The notes below the pieces were generated by a model that was not told the origin of the DNA, made no database searches, and saw nothing but the letters and a program-made list of their open reading frames with translations. 64,000 bases of DNA, taken from assembly GCA_964501035.1 (NCBI GenBank), contig CAZCRK010000003.1, forward strand, positions 1 to 64,000, written 5' to 3'. Shown piece by piece: positions 54,207-64,000 of the stretch. A program made the position numbers and the translations under genes. Positions within the stretch are counted from its first letter, which is position 1. Each line of letters opens with the position of its first letter.

Positions 54207-55665
54207 CTGTCAATTTCTCCTAGCACAATGTCTAAGCTACCTAAAATTGTTATTAAATCTGACATCATCCACCCTTCAGCTATTTCACTGATTACAGATA
54301 AATTCGAAAATGCTGGAGATCGCATTTTTAAGCGTTGAGGAATATTTTTTCCATCACTGATTATGTAAAAACCCAAATCACCACGAGCTGTTTCATACCG
54401 AGAATAGACAGATCCAGCTTTTGGTCTTATTTTCTTTGGCTTGGCTTCGTGTATATCTCCTTCTGGTATTTGATCGAGTGCTTGAGAAATAATTTTAATA
54501 CTTTCTTTCATCTCGAGAACACGAACATAATACCTGTCCCAAGAATCGCCCAATGTACCCATTTGGCCATCACCAAGAATCACATTAAAATCAAATTTAT
54601 CATATATAGAATATGCTTCATTTTTACGCAAGTCCCAGTCAACTCCACTTGCACGTAAGTTCGGCCCAGTTACCCCATAATTGATAGCAACCTCAGCAGG
54701 CATCACTCCCACATCTGCAGTACGTTCAATAAATATTTTATTTGTGGTAAGTAAATCATTACATTCGTCAATTTGTGGTTCAAAATAAGTTAAAAATTCT
54801 CGTGTCTGTGTAATAAACTTTTCGGGGAGGTCATGTGAAACACATCCAGGCCAAATATAATTATATAATAATCGAGCACCGCAGAGTGTTTCAAATAAGT
54901 CTAAAATTCTTTCTCTGTCACGAACTGTCCATGTAAATGGAGTTATTGCACCTACGTCAAGACCAAATGTACCGATTGCAACAAGGTGACTCGCAATTCG
55001 TTGTAACTCAGCAACAATAACCCGTATATCACTCCCACATCTGCAGTACGTTCAATAAATATTTTATTTGTGGTAAGTAAATCATTACATTCGTCAATTT
55101 GTGGTTCAAAATAAGTTAAAAATTCTCGTGTCTGTGTAATAAACTTTTCGGGGAGGTCATGTGAAACACATCCAGGCCAAATATAATTATATAATAATCG
55201 AGCACCGCAGAGTGTTTCAAATAAGTCTAAAATTCTTTCTCTGTCACGAACTGTCCATGTAAATGGAGTTATTGCACCTACGTCAAGACCAAATGTCCCG
55301 ATTGCAACAAGGTGGCTCGCAATTCGTTGTAACTCAGCAACAATAACCCGAATATATTCTACACGTTCAGGAATTTCTATTCCCATCAATTTTTCAACAG
55401 CCATAGAATATGCATGGTTCATATGCATTGAAGCTAAATAATCACACCTATCTGTAAAAGGAACGATTTGTTCATAGGGTAGATTTTCACAATGTTTTTC
55501 AAAACTTCGATGCAAGTAACCAATGATGGGTTCAATTTTATTAACAATTTCACCATCTGTATGAATTTTAAGACGTAATACACCGTGTGTGCTAGGATGC
55601 TGAGGCCCCATGTTTAAAACCATTTCTTCAGCGTGAATTATACTTTTGTCCTGATTCTTATCCAT
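54203..55665 (-). CDS. nuoD: Complex I subunit D, frameshifted as written by a 326-bp internal tandem duplication (intact 378 aa if one copy is removed)
   Basis: [20 protein letters not shown], ...GPNLRASG...[13 protein letters not shown] split over ORFs 54952..55674 and 54203..54712. Confidence 0.9.
54702..55353. repeat. Direct tandem duplication, 2 x 326 bp (54702-55027 and 55028-55353)
   Basis: Copies identical except 54971/55297, 54989/55315 and 55025/55351. Confidence 0.97.
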
Positions 55666-56150
55666 TACTTCCAATACGTCTTATCTTTTACAATGGTGAT
55701 TCCATTGTACTTTTCTGCAACTTGATAGTTTTTGCGCAGGGGATGACCTTCCCAGTCATCAGGTAATAAAATTCGTTTTAAATCTGGGTGATTAGAAAAC
55801 TTAACACCCATTAAATCGTACGCTTCACGTTCATGCCAATCTGCAGTTCTCCAAATATTTGCTACAGATGGTATTTCGACATTATCACTGACCTCAATCC
55901 GAACCTCACAATAATGTAATTTAGAATATGAATGAAAGTTGTAAGCAACGCCATAGGTCTGATTATCCAAAGTATCATAAGAACTTATGCATAATAAGTT
56001 ATCAAATGTTAGATCTGGATCGTTTTTTAATACTTCTGCAGTGTGCAACCAATGCTCAGCATTCACTTTTACAATTTGCGTATTTTCAAGAACTTCAATT
56101 TCAGTTTTGGTTCGAAGTTTGATTACTTCAATAATTTGAGAAAATTCCAT
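55665..56150 (-). CDS. nuoC: Complex I subunit C
   Basis: [43 protein letters not shown]. Confidence 0.96.
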   Translation of the reverse strand: MEFSQIIEVIKLRTKTEIEVLENTQIVKVNAEHWLHTAEVLKNDPDLTFDNLLCISSYDTLDNQTYGVAYNFHSYSKLHYCEVRIEVSDNVEIPSVANIWRTADWHEREAYDLMGVKFSNHPDLKRILLPDDWEGHPLRKNYQVAEKYNGITIVKDKTYWK

Positions 56151-56648
56151 CTAAGCGTTTTTCTTTCGTAATGGAGTTTCTTTTTTTATTTTTTCTTGCA
56201 ATTCTAAAAGCCCATGCAATAAAGATTCTGGACGCGGCGGGCACCCAGGCACATACACATCTACTGGTATGATTTCATCAACCCCTTTTACTACATGATA
56301 GCCATGTTGCCAATAAGGTCCTCCACTATTTGCACAACTACCCATGGATATCACATACTTAGGGTCCGACATTTGCTCGTAAAGACGTACAACACGTTCA
56401 GCCATTTTTAAGGAAACCGTACCTGCCACAATCATAACATCTGCTTGTCTGGGAGTTGCTCGAGGCATTGCACCAAATCGTTCTAAATCGTGTCTTGGAG
56501 CTGCTGCAGACATCATTTCAATCGCACAGCATGCTAAACCAAATTGGAAATACCAAGGCGAACTTGAACGAGCCCAATTGATAAGTGTATCAAATTTCTC
56601 AACAATTACATTATCTTGTTTAAACTGATTGGTAAGAGATAACTCCAT
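56151..56648 (-). CDS. nuoB: Complex I subunit B
   Basis: [32 protein letters not shown]. Confidence 0.97.
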   Translation of the reverse strand: MELSLTNQFKQDNVIVEKFDTLINWARSSSPWYFQFGLACCAIEMMSAAAPRHDLERFGAMPRATPRQADVMIVAGTVSLKMAERVVRLYEQMSDPKYVISMGSCANSGGPYWQHGYHVVKGVDEIIPVDVYVPGCPPRPESLLHGLLELQEKIKKETPLRKKNA

Positions 56649-57067
56649 TAACCCTCTTCTTTCTTGGATAAATCAGCATATCGGCCGTGTGCATATTTAA
56701 CATTCATTTTCACCCAATCTAAATCACCCTTTACCCACACATATGCAAACCCCAGCACAAGTATAAGGACGAAAATTGCCATTTCAACAAATGCAAGCCA
56801 TCCAATTTCTTGAAAAACAACTGCCCATGGAAATAAAAATACCACTTCTACATCAAAGATAATAAAGATCAAAGCAATTATGTAGAATCGGATATTGAAT
56901 TTAACCCATGCAGATCCCTCGGGAACTTCCCCACATTCATATGAAGACAGTTTTTCACCACCTTTGTTGTTTTTTGGAGATATGAGATATTGTAAGAATA
57001 ATGGTACTATGACCATTACAAGGGCTAGAGCCGTAAAAATGATTATTGGAGCAAAGTCTCTATACAC
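56648..57067 (-). CDS. nuoA: Complex I subunit A
   Basis: [25 protein letters not shown]. Confidence 0.96.
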   Translation of the reverse strand: MYRDFAPIIIFTALALVMVIVPLFLQYLISPKNNKGGEKLSSYECGEVPEGSAWVKFNIRFYIIALIFIIFDVEVVFLFPWAVVFQEIGWLAFVEMAIFVLILVLGFAYVWVKGDLDWVKMNVKYAHGRYADLSKKEEG

Positions 57068-57094
57068 TAAATATACTAATCATAATCAGCCCTA

Positions 57095-57124
57095 AATTTA
57101 CCTACTTCATTTTTTTCAGAGCAA
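57095..57124 (-). promoter_or_regulatory. Putative promoter of the nuo-nqr operon
   Basis: TTGCTC-N18-TAAATT on the minus strand. Confidence 0.4.
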
Positions 57125-57210
57125 ATGGTATTATTAAAATTTTAAATTATTTTTGCATTAGTTAACAATCATCCTTTGTTCCAAGTTTTTAATCAGTTTT
57201 AAATTTGAGC

Positions 57211-58113
57211 ATGAATACGTTTTTTAATTTTCTAATTTTAAAATTCATTACACTCATTCCAATTTCCATAGTTCGAAAATTTTCAGGAAGATATGTAGCT
57301 GGTGATAATGCTCAGACTGCAATTAACGTCGTGAAAACAATCAACCAAAAAGGGTTTTCTGCTACTATTGATATTTTAGGTGAACATGTATCTACGTCTA
57401 AAAAAGCAACCCAAATCACAAATAATTATTTACAACTTTACTCTGATTTATCAGATAATAATTTGGATTGCAATATATCCGTAAAACCAAGTCATATTGG
57501 GTTAGATATAAGTGAAAATGTATTTATTAAAAATGCGAACAGATTACTTGCTCAAGCCAAACTATATAATAATTTTTTACGTATTGATATGGAAAGCAGT
57601 GAAGTAACTGATCAAACCTTACAATACATTACATCCAATTCTGATGATGCAAAAAATTTAGGTACTGTATTTCAAGCATATCTTCATCGTACAATGAATG
57701 ATATTCAAAACTTAACCTCCACCAATGTGAATTATAGGTTGTGCAAAGGAATTTATAAAGAATCAGAACACATTGCAATTCAAGACAGAAAAGCCATTAA
57801 TGATAATTTTATTGCCATATTAAAACAGGGGTTTACGTTAGGACATTACATAGGAATTGCTACACACGATTTAGATTTGTTAAAAGATGTGTATGCGTTA
57901 ATTGATTCTGAGAATATCCCGAACAATCAATTTGAATTTCAAGTCCTATATGGTGTACCTATGAGCGGTTGGCTCGAAAAACATTTAGAAAACAACTATA
58001 AGGTTCGAGTTTATGTACCTTTTGGTCCAGAATGGTATGATTATTCCATTCGCCGATTGCAAGAGAATCCCAATATTGCCCAATATGTGTTAAGCAATTT
58101 GTTTAGAAAATAA
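57211..58113 (+). CDS. Monofunctional proline dehydrogenase
   Basis: RYVAG, DILGE, SVKPSHIG, RIDME, QAYLHRT, RLCKGIYKE, IATHD, FEFQVLYG, YVPFG..WY.YSIRRLQE. Confidence 0.95.
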   Translation: MNTFFNFLILKFITLIPISIVRKFSGRYVAGDNAQTAINVVKTINQKGFSATIDILGEHVSTSKKATQITNNYLQLYSDLSDNNLDCNISVKPSHIGLDISENVFIKNANRLLAQAKLYNNFLRIDMESSEVTDQTLQYITSNSDDAKNLGTVFQAYLHRTMNDIQNLTSTNVNYRLCKGIYKESEHIAIQDRKAINDNFIAILKQGFTLGHYIGIATHDLDLLKDVYALIDSENIPNNQFEFQVLYGVPMSGWLEKHLENNYKVRVYVPFGPEWYDYSIRRLQENPNIAQYVLSNLFRK

Positions 58114-58129
58114 TAAATGAATTCAACGT

Positions 58130-58450
58130 ATGACAAATAATTGGAATATTCCTAGTTGGCTTGAAAAAGAAATAAGAGATAGAGATAAAAGATGCGTTTA
58201 TTGTAGAGCATATTTCACATCTACCAAAGTTAAAAAAACTGCTACCAGTTGGGAGCATATAATTAATGATGCAAGCATTATTTCTAGAAAAAATATTGCA
58301 CTTTGTTGTTGTAGTTGTAACGCAAACAAAGGTCAAAAATTACTCCATGTGTTGTTCGTGAAGAATTTCATGGAAAGGGTGTTGGAAAAAAGATTTTGGA
58401 GTTTTGTCAATCATTTAGCATTAAAAAACAAAATAAAAGTATTCGCTTAG
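58130..58450 (+). CDS. HNH endonuclease, probably C-terminally truncated with an out-of-frame tail
   Basis: RDKRCVYC...WEHI...NIALCCCSCNANKG; the tail overlaps a GNAT-like reading in another frame. Confidence 0.7.
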   Translation: MTNNWNIPSWLEKEIRDRDKRCVYCRAYFTSTKVKKTATSWEHIINDASIISRKNIALCCCSCNANKGQKLLHVLFVKNFMERVLEKRFWSFVNHLALKNKIKVFA

Positions 58451-58581
58451 ATTGTTATTCTAAAAATAAATTGCTTTGCAAATTCTATGAAAAACAGAAC
58501 TTTGTCCTCAAAGGAAAAGTGAAACAACATACTAATTATTGGGGGTGCTTGTACGAGCTGAATATTTCTAGCCTGTTTTGA
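58348..58581 (+). pseudogene. 5'-truncated GNAT N-acetyltransferase remnant
   Basis: VVREEFHGKGVGKKILEF...IRLDCYSKNKLLCKFYEKQNF (motifs A and B); in-frame stop at 58318, no N-terminal half. Confidence 0.7.
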
Positions 58582-58611
58582 ATACCAAAACAACACGGTT
58601 TGAAATCTAAA

Positions 58612-59190
58612 TTATTCTTTATAATCTTTCATGACATGTTGTACATTTTTTCGAAAACCTTCTGCATCATCATAGTCTAAAAACTTATAATAACGGGAGT
58701 GTTGGTCTTTTACACCTGCATTATGTTTTATTGGACACCAATACTGTTCGGTACGTGCTATAATTTCTTTAACATACGAAGCAACTGCATTTCCATAACC
58801 ACAATATATACAGTTAAACTTTTCTAAAGTATTTAAATAGGACAAATGATGCCTGTCAATTATGAAATAATCTTTTCGTTTTACAATAGGTATTTGATAT
58901 ACTCTAAAACAAATATGTTGGTATGCAAATATGGTAGCATCAATAAGGACAATCGGCACAATCATTGCATAAATAATTGGAGCAATGATTACATGTTTTA
59001 CATTCGCATGTAAAATATATTTGAAGAGATTTACCTTATATTCTTTTTGGAGAGTAAAAAGTTTACTAATACTCTCTCGTTGTTCTAAAAAATATTGTTT
59101 TGTGAGGGCACGTTTTTCACGAAATTCTTTTTCGAGTTCAATTTCTAATTTTCGGATTCGTTCTAACGTTTGTTCAAATTTGTTTTTCAT
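58612..59190 (-). CDS. Hypothetical membrane-anchored protein with Cys/His motifs
   Basis: Coiled-coil N-terminus, one hydrophobic segment, YQHICF, KFNCIYCGY, EQYWCPIKH; GAGG SD. Confidence 0.75.
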   Translation of the reverse strand: MKNKFEQTLERIRKLEIELEKEFREKRALTKQYFLEQRESISKLFTLQKEYKVNLFKYILHANVKHVIIAPIIYAMIVPIVLIDATIFAYQHICFRVYQIPIVKRKDYFIIDRHHLSYLNTLEKFNCIYCGYGNAVASYVKEIIARTEQYWCPIKHNAGVKDQHSRYYKFLDYDDAEGFRKNVQHVMKDYKE

Positions 59191-59206
59191 ATAACCTCAT
59201 TTAAGC

Positions 59207-59243
59207 AAAAAATAGAGAAAGGCAGAATAAATCTACCTTTCTC
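59207..59243 (-). terminator. Rho-independent terminator after the fad operon
   Basis: Minus strand GAGAAAGGTAGA-TTTAT-TCTGCCTTTCTC (one G-U pair) followed by TATTTTTT; a weaker hairpin lies at 59254-59274. Confidence 0.8.
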
Positions 59244-59291
59244 ACGGAGAAAAACAATGATGTAAAATCATTGTCTTCTTGGGCAATATTA

Positions 59292-61643
59292 TTAATTTCT
59301 GAGTGGTTTACCTTTCTTTAACATATATGCAATGCGTGCTTGAGATTTTGGTTCTCCACATAGACTAACGAACACCTCTCGTTCTATATCAAGCAAGTAT
59401 TGCTCGTCTACTGGAGAAAATGGTCCACCTTTATCACCGCCAGTTAGCACGTATGCTAATTTCTTCCCGATAAACGCATCATGTTCAGATATTTTCTTGG
59501 CTTTTTCGAACCCTTTGATACTTCCCTCAAGCACTAAACGACCACTCACACCAGGTAACTTAAAAGTTTCTAATTCGGGTGTTTCATACGTTTCAGCCAT
59601 TTCAAGCACTGCATTTTTGGCTTCAAACAATAAATGATCTCGATTTACAACAATCACATCTTCTTTTGTTAGATATGAATAAGCTTGGGCTTGTTTTGCA
59701 GATGTTGCTACCTTGGCAAACCCAATTGTTTCGAATGCCTTTTGAACCACAGGAAATGCACCTGGCATAGCAGTTTTGATTTTCTTGGATAAGTTGGATA
59801 ACATTCGCAGATTTCCACCTGCACCAGGAATTAGACCGACCCCGACTTCAACCAAACCAATATAAGATTCTGCTGCAGCCACAATTTTATCACATGCACC
59901 TGCTATTTCAAAGCCACCACCTAATACAAGTCCAAAAGGAGCTGCCACTACTGGAAAGGGAGCAAATCGTACTTCTTGCATTAAATCTTGGAATCCTCCT
60001 GATATTTTTTCGATAGCATCAAAATCTTTACGTTCTGCAGCACCAAGTACTAAGTTCAAATTTGCACCTGCACAGAAATTGGCACCATCTCCAGAAATAA
60101 CCAAGCCTTTGAAATTGTTTTCCTTCACATAATCTAACCCATACTTAATAGTTTCCATAATGGAACCATCAATTGGGTTTAGCTCTGCCTTAAGTACAGA
60201 ATGTAAATCGATACCTGCAACATTGTCTCCCAAATCAACAACAGAAGCTGACCATAATTTTTTTATGGTGCTATGCGAATGTTTGGCAATATTCATATTG
60301 TAGGTTTTTGCATTTTGACTAACTTTGACGTACCCTTTTGACGCAATATCATAGAAATGAAGCGCACCATCTTTGTATGTGTAAAACGAATCAACACCTG
60401 CAGTCAACATTTCAGTAATCCAATTTGGTATTTTCCTACTGGATGCTTTCATTCTATCAACAGTTTCAGAAACACCAAGAGAATCCCAAACTTCAAATGG
60501 TCCCATTTCCCAAGCAAATCCCCACCGCATAGCTCGATCAATGTTTACAATGTCATCTGCTATTTCACCTACTCGTTCTGCAGAATACAATAAAGATTGT
60601 GAAATTACTTCCCACGTGAACTCACCAGCTACATCATTTGTGTTTAATAGTGCTTTAAGTCTATCTTTTGGATACGTATTTTCACGAGCAAAACGGATAC
60701 CCTTATACCGCTTTTTATTCATCGGGGTATATTCAAGTGTTTGTAAGTCTAACGAATGAATCACACCTTTATCAATCTTTTTATAAAACCCTTGTTTGGT
60801 TTTTTGTCCTAGCCACTTATTATCGAGCATTGTTTGCAAATAATCAGGAATTTTAAAAATATCACGATTGGAATCTTCTAAACATTTCTCGTAAGCAGTC
60901 CCTGCAACAAATGAAAGTGTATCTAGTCCAACTACATCAGCAGTTCTAAACGTTGCACTTTTGGGTCGACCAATGAGAGTACCTGTTAATGCATCTACAT
61001 CCTCAACGGATAATTTTCGTTTATATGCCTCTTGAAGCGTAACCATCATTCCAAACACACCAATTCTATTCGCAATAAAATTTGGAGTATCCTTTGCATA
61101 TACCACACCTTTCCCCAAAACTTCCTCTAAAAAGTTTGCAACTGGTGGAATGAGTTCTGTATTTGTTTTCTCAGAAGAAATAATTTCTACCAACTTCATA
61201 TATCGAGGTGGATTGAAAAAATGCGTGATAAAGAAACGGTTTGCAAAATCATCTGGAAGCCCTTGAGATAATTCTGAAAGTGCAATACCAGAGGTATTCG
61301 AGGTTATTATTGCATTATCTTTTAAATGTGGAGCAATTTTTTGGTATAAATCTTGCTTCCAATCTAATCGTTCTGCAATAACTTCAATTACCCAATCACA
61401 TTCATTAATTTTTTCTAGATGGTCATCATAATTACAGGGTGTAATCAATTCCACTGACTTGGGATTGTAATATGCACTTGGTTTTATCTTAGTACTTGAA
61501 CTTACACCTTTTTCAGCAATTTCTTGTGAAATATCAAATGCATATACAGGAATTTTCACGTTTGAAAAATGGGCAGCAATTTGTGCCCCCATGACTCCTG
61601 TACCTAATACGGCAACTCTATTTATTTGAAGTGAATTTCCCAT
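59292..61643 (-). CDS. fadN: 3-hydroxyacyl-CoA dehydrogenase / enoyl-CoA hydratase (FadN-type)
   Basis: VLGTGVMG, SNTSG, HFFNPPRYM, FIANRIG; C-terminal crotonase FCAGANL, GLVEVGVGLIPGAGG; ends GKPLRN. Confidence 0.92.
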   Translation of the reverse strand: MGNSLQINRVAVLGTGVMGAQIAAHFSNVKIPVYAFDISQEIAEKGVSSSTKIKPSAYYNPKSVELITPCNYDDHLEKINECDWVIEVIAERLDWKQDLYQKIAPHLKDNAIITSNTSGIALSELSQGLPDDFANRFFITHFFNPPRYMKLVEIISSEKTNTELIPPVANFLEEVLGKGVVYAKDTPNFIANRIGVFGMMVTLQEAYKRKLSVEDVDALTGTLIGRPKSATFRTADVVGLDTLSFVAGTAYEKCLEDSNRDIFKIPDYLQTMLDNKWLGQKTKQGFYKKIDKGVIHSLDLQTLEYTPMNKKRYKGIRFARENTYPKDRLKALLNTNDVAGEFTWEVISQSLLYSAERVGEIADDIVNIDRAMRWGFAWEMGPFEVWDSLGVSETVDRMKASSRKIPNWITEMLTAGVDSFYTYKDGALHFYDIASKGYVKVSQNAKTYNMNIAKHSHSTIKKLWSASVVDLGDNVAGIDLHSVLKAELNPIDGSIMETIKYGLDYVKENNFKGLVISGDGANFCAGANLNLVLGAAERKDFDAIEKISGGFQDLMQEVRFAPFPVVAAPFGLVLGGGFEIAGACDKIVAAAESYIGLVEVGVGLIPGAGGNLRMLSNLSKKIKTAMPGAFPVVQKAFETIGFAKVATSAKQAQAYSYLTKEDVIVVNRDHLLFEAKNAVLEMAETYETPELETFKLPGVSGRLVLEGSIKGFEKAKKISEHDAFIGKKLAYVLTGGDKGGPFSPVDEQYLLDIEREVFVSLCGEPKSQARIAYMLKKGKPLRN

Positions 61644-61655
61644 GATTTCCTCGAT

Positions 61656-62789
61656 TTATATTCGTTCAATGATAGTGGCAATACCCTGGCCTGTTCCAAT
61701 ACACATAGTGGCTAATCCAAATTTGGCATCAGTTTGTCGCATTACATTCATAAGTGTTATAATAATACGAACACCGGAACAACCTAGAGGATGACCAAGT
61801 GCAATTGCACCACCATTTAGATTTATTTTATTCAAATCCCAACCACCTTTTCTAATAACATATAGTGATTGTGCGGCAAATGCCTCATTTAGTTCAATCA
61901 CATCAATATCGTCCATGGTAAGTCCAGCATTTGCTAACGCTTTTTCTGTGGCTGGCAACGGTCCAGACCCCATACGTGTCCAATCTACACCTGCAATAGC
62001 TCTGCTTTTAATTTTAAACTCAGGTGACAAACCAAATTCAGTTGCTGTATTATTTGATGTAATTAATGCTGCTGCTGCCCCTGTTGAAATTGGGCTAGAT
62101 GTCGCTGCCGTAATAGTTCCATCTGCTTCAAATGCTGGATCCAATGATTTAATTTTCTCTACATTGGGTTCTCGTGGTCCTTCATCAACGGAAACTGTAT
62201 TACCATTAAATTCAATGGGTACAATTTCTTTTTCGAATTTACCTTCTGAAATTGCAGCTAACGCTTTTTGGTGTGAATTAATAGCAAATTCTTCTTGGTC
62301 TGCACGTGAAATATCTAAATCTTTTGCCAATATTTCTGCAGTTTCTCCCATACCCATGTAGTAATCTTTAGCATATAACTCAGGGTGAAAACTTGGATTA
62401 AATCCACCCATTGGAACTCCAAACATATCTTCTACACCTGCAGCTATTCCTGCACGTATATCACCTAATTCAACTGCCTGACTCACTTGATGTACTGCAT
62501 CCATAGAAGAACCACAAAATCGATTAACAACCTTTGCACCTGCTTCAATTGGTAGTTCAGATAAAATGCCTATTCCCTTTGCCATGAGCATTCCCTGATT
62601 TCCTTCTGGAAAGGCACAACCAACAACTATATCATCTATTGTTTCTTTAGATATACCATTGTTTCTTTCAAGTAATACTTTAACTACATCTGCAGTTAAA
62701 TCATCAGGTCGCATTCCGATTAATGCGCCATTTTTTAACCCGATTGGGCTTCTTAAACCATCTAAAATTACTGAATAATTTTCTGCCAT
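61656..62789 (-). CDS. fadA: Acetyl-CoA C-acyltransferase (thiolase)
   Basis: NRFCGSS, ELNEAFAAQ, GGAIALGHPLG, MCIGTGQG. Confidence 0.93.
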   Translation of the reverse strand: MAENYSVILDGLRSPIGLKNGALIGMRPDDLTADVVKVLLERNNGISKETIDDIVVGCAFPEGNQGMLMAKGIGILSELPIEAGAKVVNRFCGSSMDAVHQVSQAVELGDIRAGIAAGVEDMFGVPMGGFNPSFHPELYAKDYYMGMGETAEILAKDLDISRADQEEFAINSHQKALAAISEGKFEKEIVPIEFNGNTVSVDEGPREPNVEKIKSLDPAFEADGTITAATSSPISTGAAAALITSNNTATEFGLSPEFKIKSRAIAGVDWTRMGSGPLPATEKALANAGLTMDDIDVIELNEAFAAQSLYVIRKGGWDLNKINLNGGAIALGHPLGCSGVRIIITLMNVMRQTDAKFGLATMCIGTGQGIATIIERI

Positions 62790-62802
62790 TTTAAGCTCCT
62801 AT

Positions 62803-63999
62803 TTAATCTAAATAATATTTTCCGATACGTAATACGTCTTCAGCTATTTTTCGCTTCAATCCAATTGTGTCAGGCGTGTAGTTTAGCTTATTTTTCCATC
62901 CACACATTAAACCTAGTTTTTCCTCTAATTCGTTTCCTGTGAAAATATGAGAAATAATCTGCATTGATGTGCGAACAATAATTTCAAACTGTTCAGAAAC
63001 TGAAAATGCTACAACGTCTTTTGTTTTGGATTTAATTTTCACATCATCAATTGCTAAATATCGTTTTAACCCCATATCAGCAATAGAGAGTGAAATTATG
63101 ATATTAGCCAATGGTTCTAGCACCCATTGTTCATTTTTCAAATCTTGTCCATATTTTAGAATTAATTCATTAAGTACAAACAAAAAACTAGACCGCATAT
63201 ATTCTAATGCTTGAGCTTCATCTGGTAAATCAGTTTCAATATTTAGTTTAGGTAACCAGTTTACCATACGTTCAGCAATTGCATTTCTAAGAGGAATTTC
63301 TTCCATAATAGCTTTTTTCAGCGTGAGACCACTAATCAATAAACGATTTATCTCATTTGTTCCTTCAAAAATACGATTTATGCGTTCATCTCGATACATA
63401 CCTGCAGCTTGATATTCTTCAATAAATCCAGAACCACCTAAAACTTGTACCGCTTCATCAACACAGTATGCTAAAGATTCAGAACCTACTATCTTGCAAA
63501 TTGATGCCTCAATACCATGATCTTCAATGGTCTGTTGAACTTTTTTATAATAATCTGCATCGGACTTGTCTAGTAATTCAATTTTGCTATCAATAGAACC
63601 TGAAGTAGCAAACATAACTGTATCAGATTCCCACCCTTTCACCATCATGCGCGCAAATTTATTTTGTACCATACCAAATTCAGAAATAGATCTACTAAAT
63701 TGTTTTCGTTCGTTGGCATAAGTCAGTGCATTGTTTAAAGAATATCTGCATCCAGCACCTGTAGTAACTCCGAGTTTATATCTACCTACATATAATACAT
63801 TAAATGCGATTGGTCCACCCATACCAACTTTCCCAAGCACATTTTCAATAGGAACTTTACAATCTTCGAAATAATATGTACATGTTGAAGATCCCTTGAT
63901 ACCCATTTTTTTCTCTTCGGCACCAACAACCCATCCATCACAATCTTTATCTATAATAAATGACGTATATTTACCATCAACACTTGCAAATGTAACACA
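62803..63999 (-). CDS. Acyl-CoA dehydrogenase, long FadE/VLCAD-like (5' end outside window)
   Basis: Frame open to the window edge (...GAEEKKMGIKGSST); RKQF, QVLGGSGFIEEY, RIFEGTNEINRL. Confidence 0.93.
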   Translation of the reverse strand, partial: CVTFASVDGKYTSFIIDKDCDGWVVGAEEKKMGIKGSSTCTYYFEDCKVPIENVLGKVGMGGPIAFNVLYVGRYKLGVTTGAGCRYSLNNALTYANERKQFSRSISEFGMVQNKFARMMVKGWESDTVMFATSGSIDSKIELLDKSDADYYKKVQQTIEDHGIEASICKIVGSESLAYCVDEAVQVLGGSGFIEEYQAAGMYRDERINRIFEGTNEINRLLISGLTLKKAIMEEIPLRNAIAERMVNWLPKLNIETDLPDEAQALEYMRSSFLFVLNELILKYGQDLKNEQWVLEPLANIIISLSIADMGLKRYLAIDDVKIKSKTKDVVAFSVSEQFEIIVRTSMQIISHIFTGNELEEKLGLMCGWKNKLNYTPDTIGLKRKIAEDVLRIGKYYLD

Positions 64000-64000
64000 G

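Noticed and set aside
54952..55027. Apparent split of nuoD into two genes with a novel C-terminus ([12 protein letters not shown]...)
   Set aside because: Out-of-frame read-through into the duplicated copy, not a real domain
54702..55353. Duplication considered as a diversity-generating retroelement TR/VR pair or a CRISPR-like repeat
   Set aside because: No reverse transcriptase or cas gene; only three silent changes; no spacers
57060..57083. 7-codon uORF (MISIFSV) overlapping the nuoA GTG start
   Set aside because: Too short to distinguish from chance without conservation or ribosome data
58330..58395. Programmed -1 frameshift joining HNH and GNAT, or integron cassettes
   Set aside because: No in-frame X XXY YYZ heptamer found, the GNAT lacks its N-terminal half, and I saw no attC-like sites or integrase
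455..63214. Numerous 60-155 aa ORFs antisense to, or nested in, the long genes (e.g. 20848..21315, 61915..62361, 29466..29765, 38189..38374)
   Set aside because: Shadow ORFs of well-supported genes, with no motifs or translation signals
1..64000. tRNA, rRNA, riboswitch, CRISPR array, IS or prophage
   Set aside because: Intergenic gaps are all under about 150 bp and AT-rich with no such structures seen; no transposase, integrase or phage ORFs (a covariance-model search was not run)

Overview
AT-rich (about 30% GC by eye), very compact bacterial core-genome segment. Almost all genes lie on the minus strand in long, overlap-coupled operons. Gene content and order suggest an FCB-group marine bacterium such as Ca. 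Marinimicrobia (inference only). Contents in coordinate order: glpD (partial), a MoxR/DUF58 cluster, tamA/tamB, dnaK, clpC, lolD/lolCE, lysS, prfB (programmed +1 frameshift), folP-ftsH-hpt-tilS, an archaeal-type (class II) GAPDH-like gene, ybdK, a PHP gene, an isobutyryl-CoA-mutase-like large subunit, dxs, pdxTS, ispH, dcd, nrnA, a USP and a putative antiporter. Next is an ~18.3-kb respiratory run joining an 11-subunit complex I (no nuoEFG) to Na+-NQR. Proline dehydrogenase, an HNH/GNAT remnant and a fadE-fadA-fadN beta-oxidation operon (partial) follow. The most striking feature is NuoI, which carries three tandem ~60-aa helical repeats I cannot assign to a known family, in a complex lacking its NADH-input module. 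Other highlights: an nqrM missed by the ORF track on the opposite strand, a 326-bp tandem duplication breaking nuoD (probably an assembly artefact), a sigma54-like promoter at dnaK, an apparent ATA start codon and several leaderless-looking promoters. I saw no rRNA, tRNA, CRISPR array or intact mobile element.
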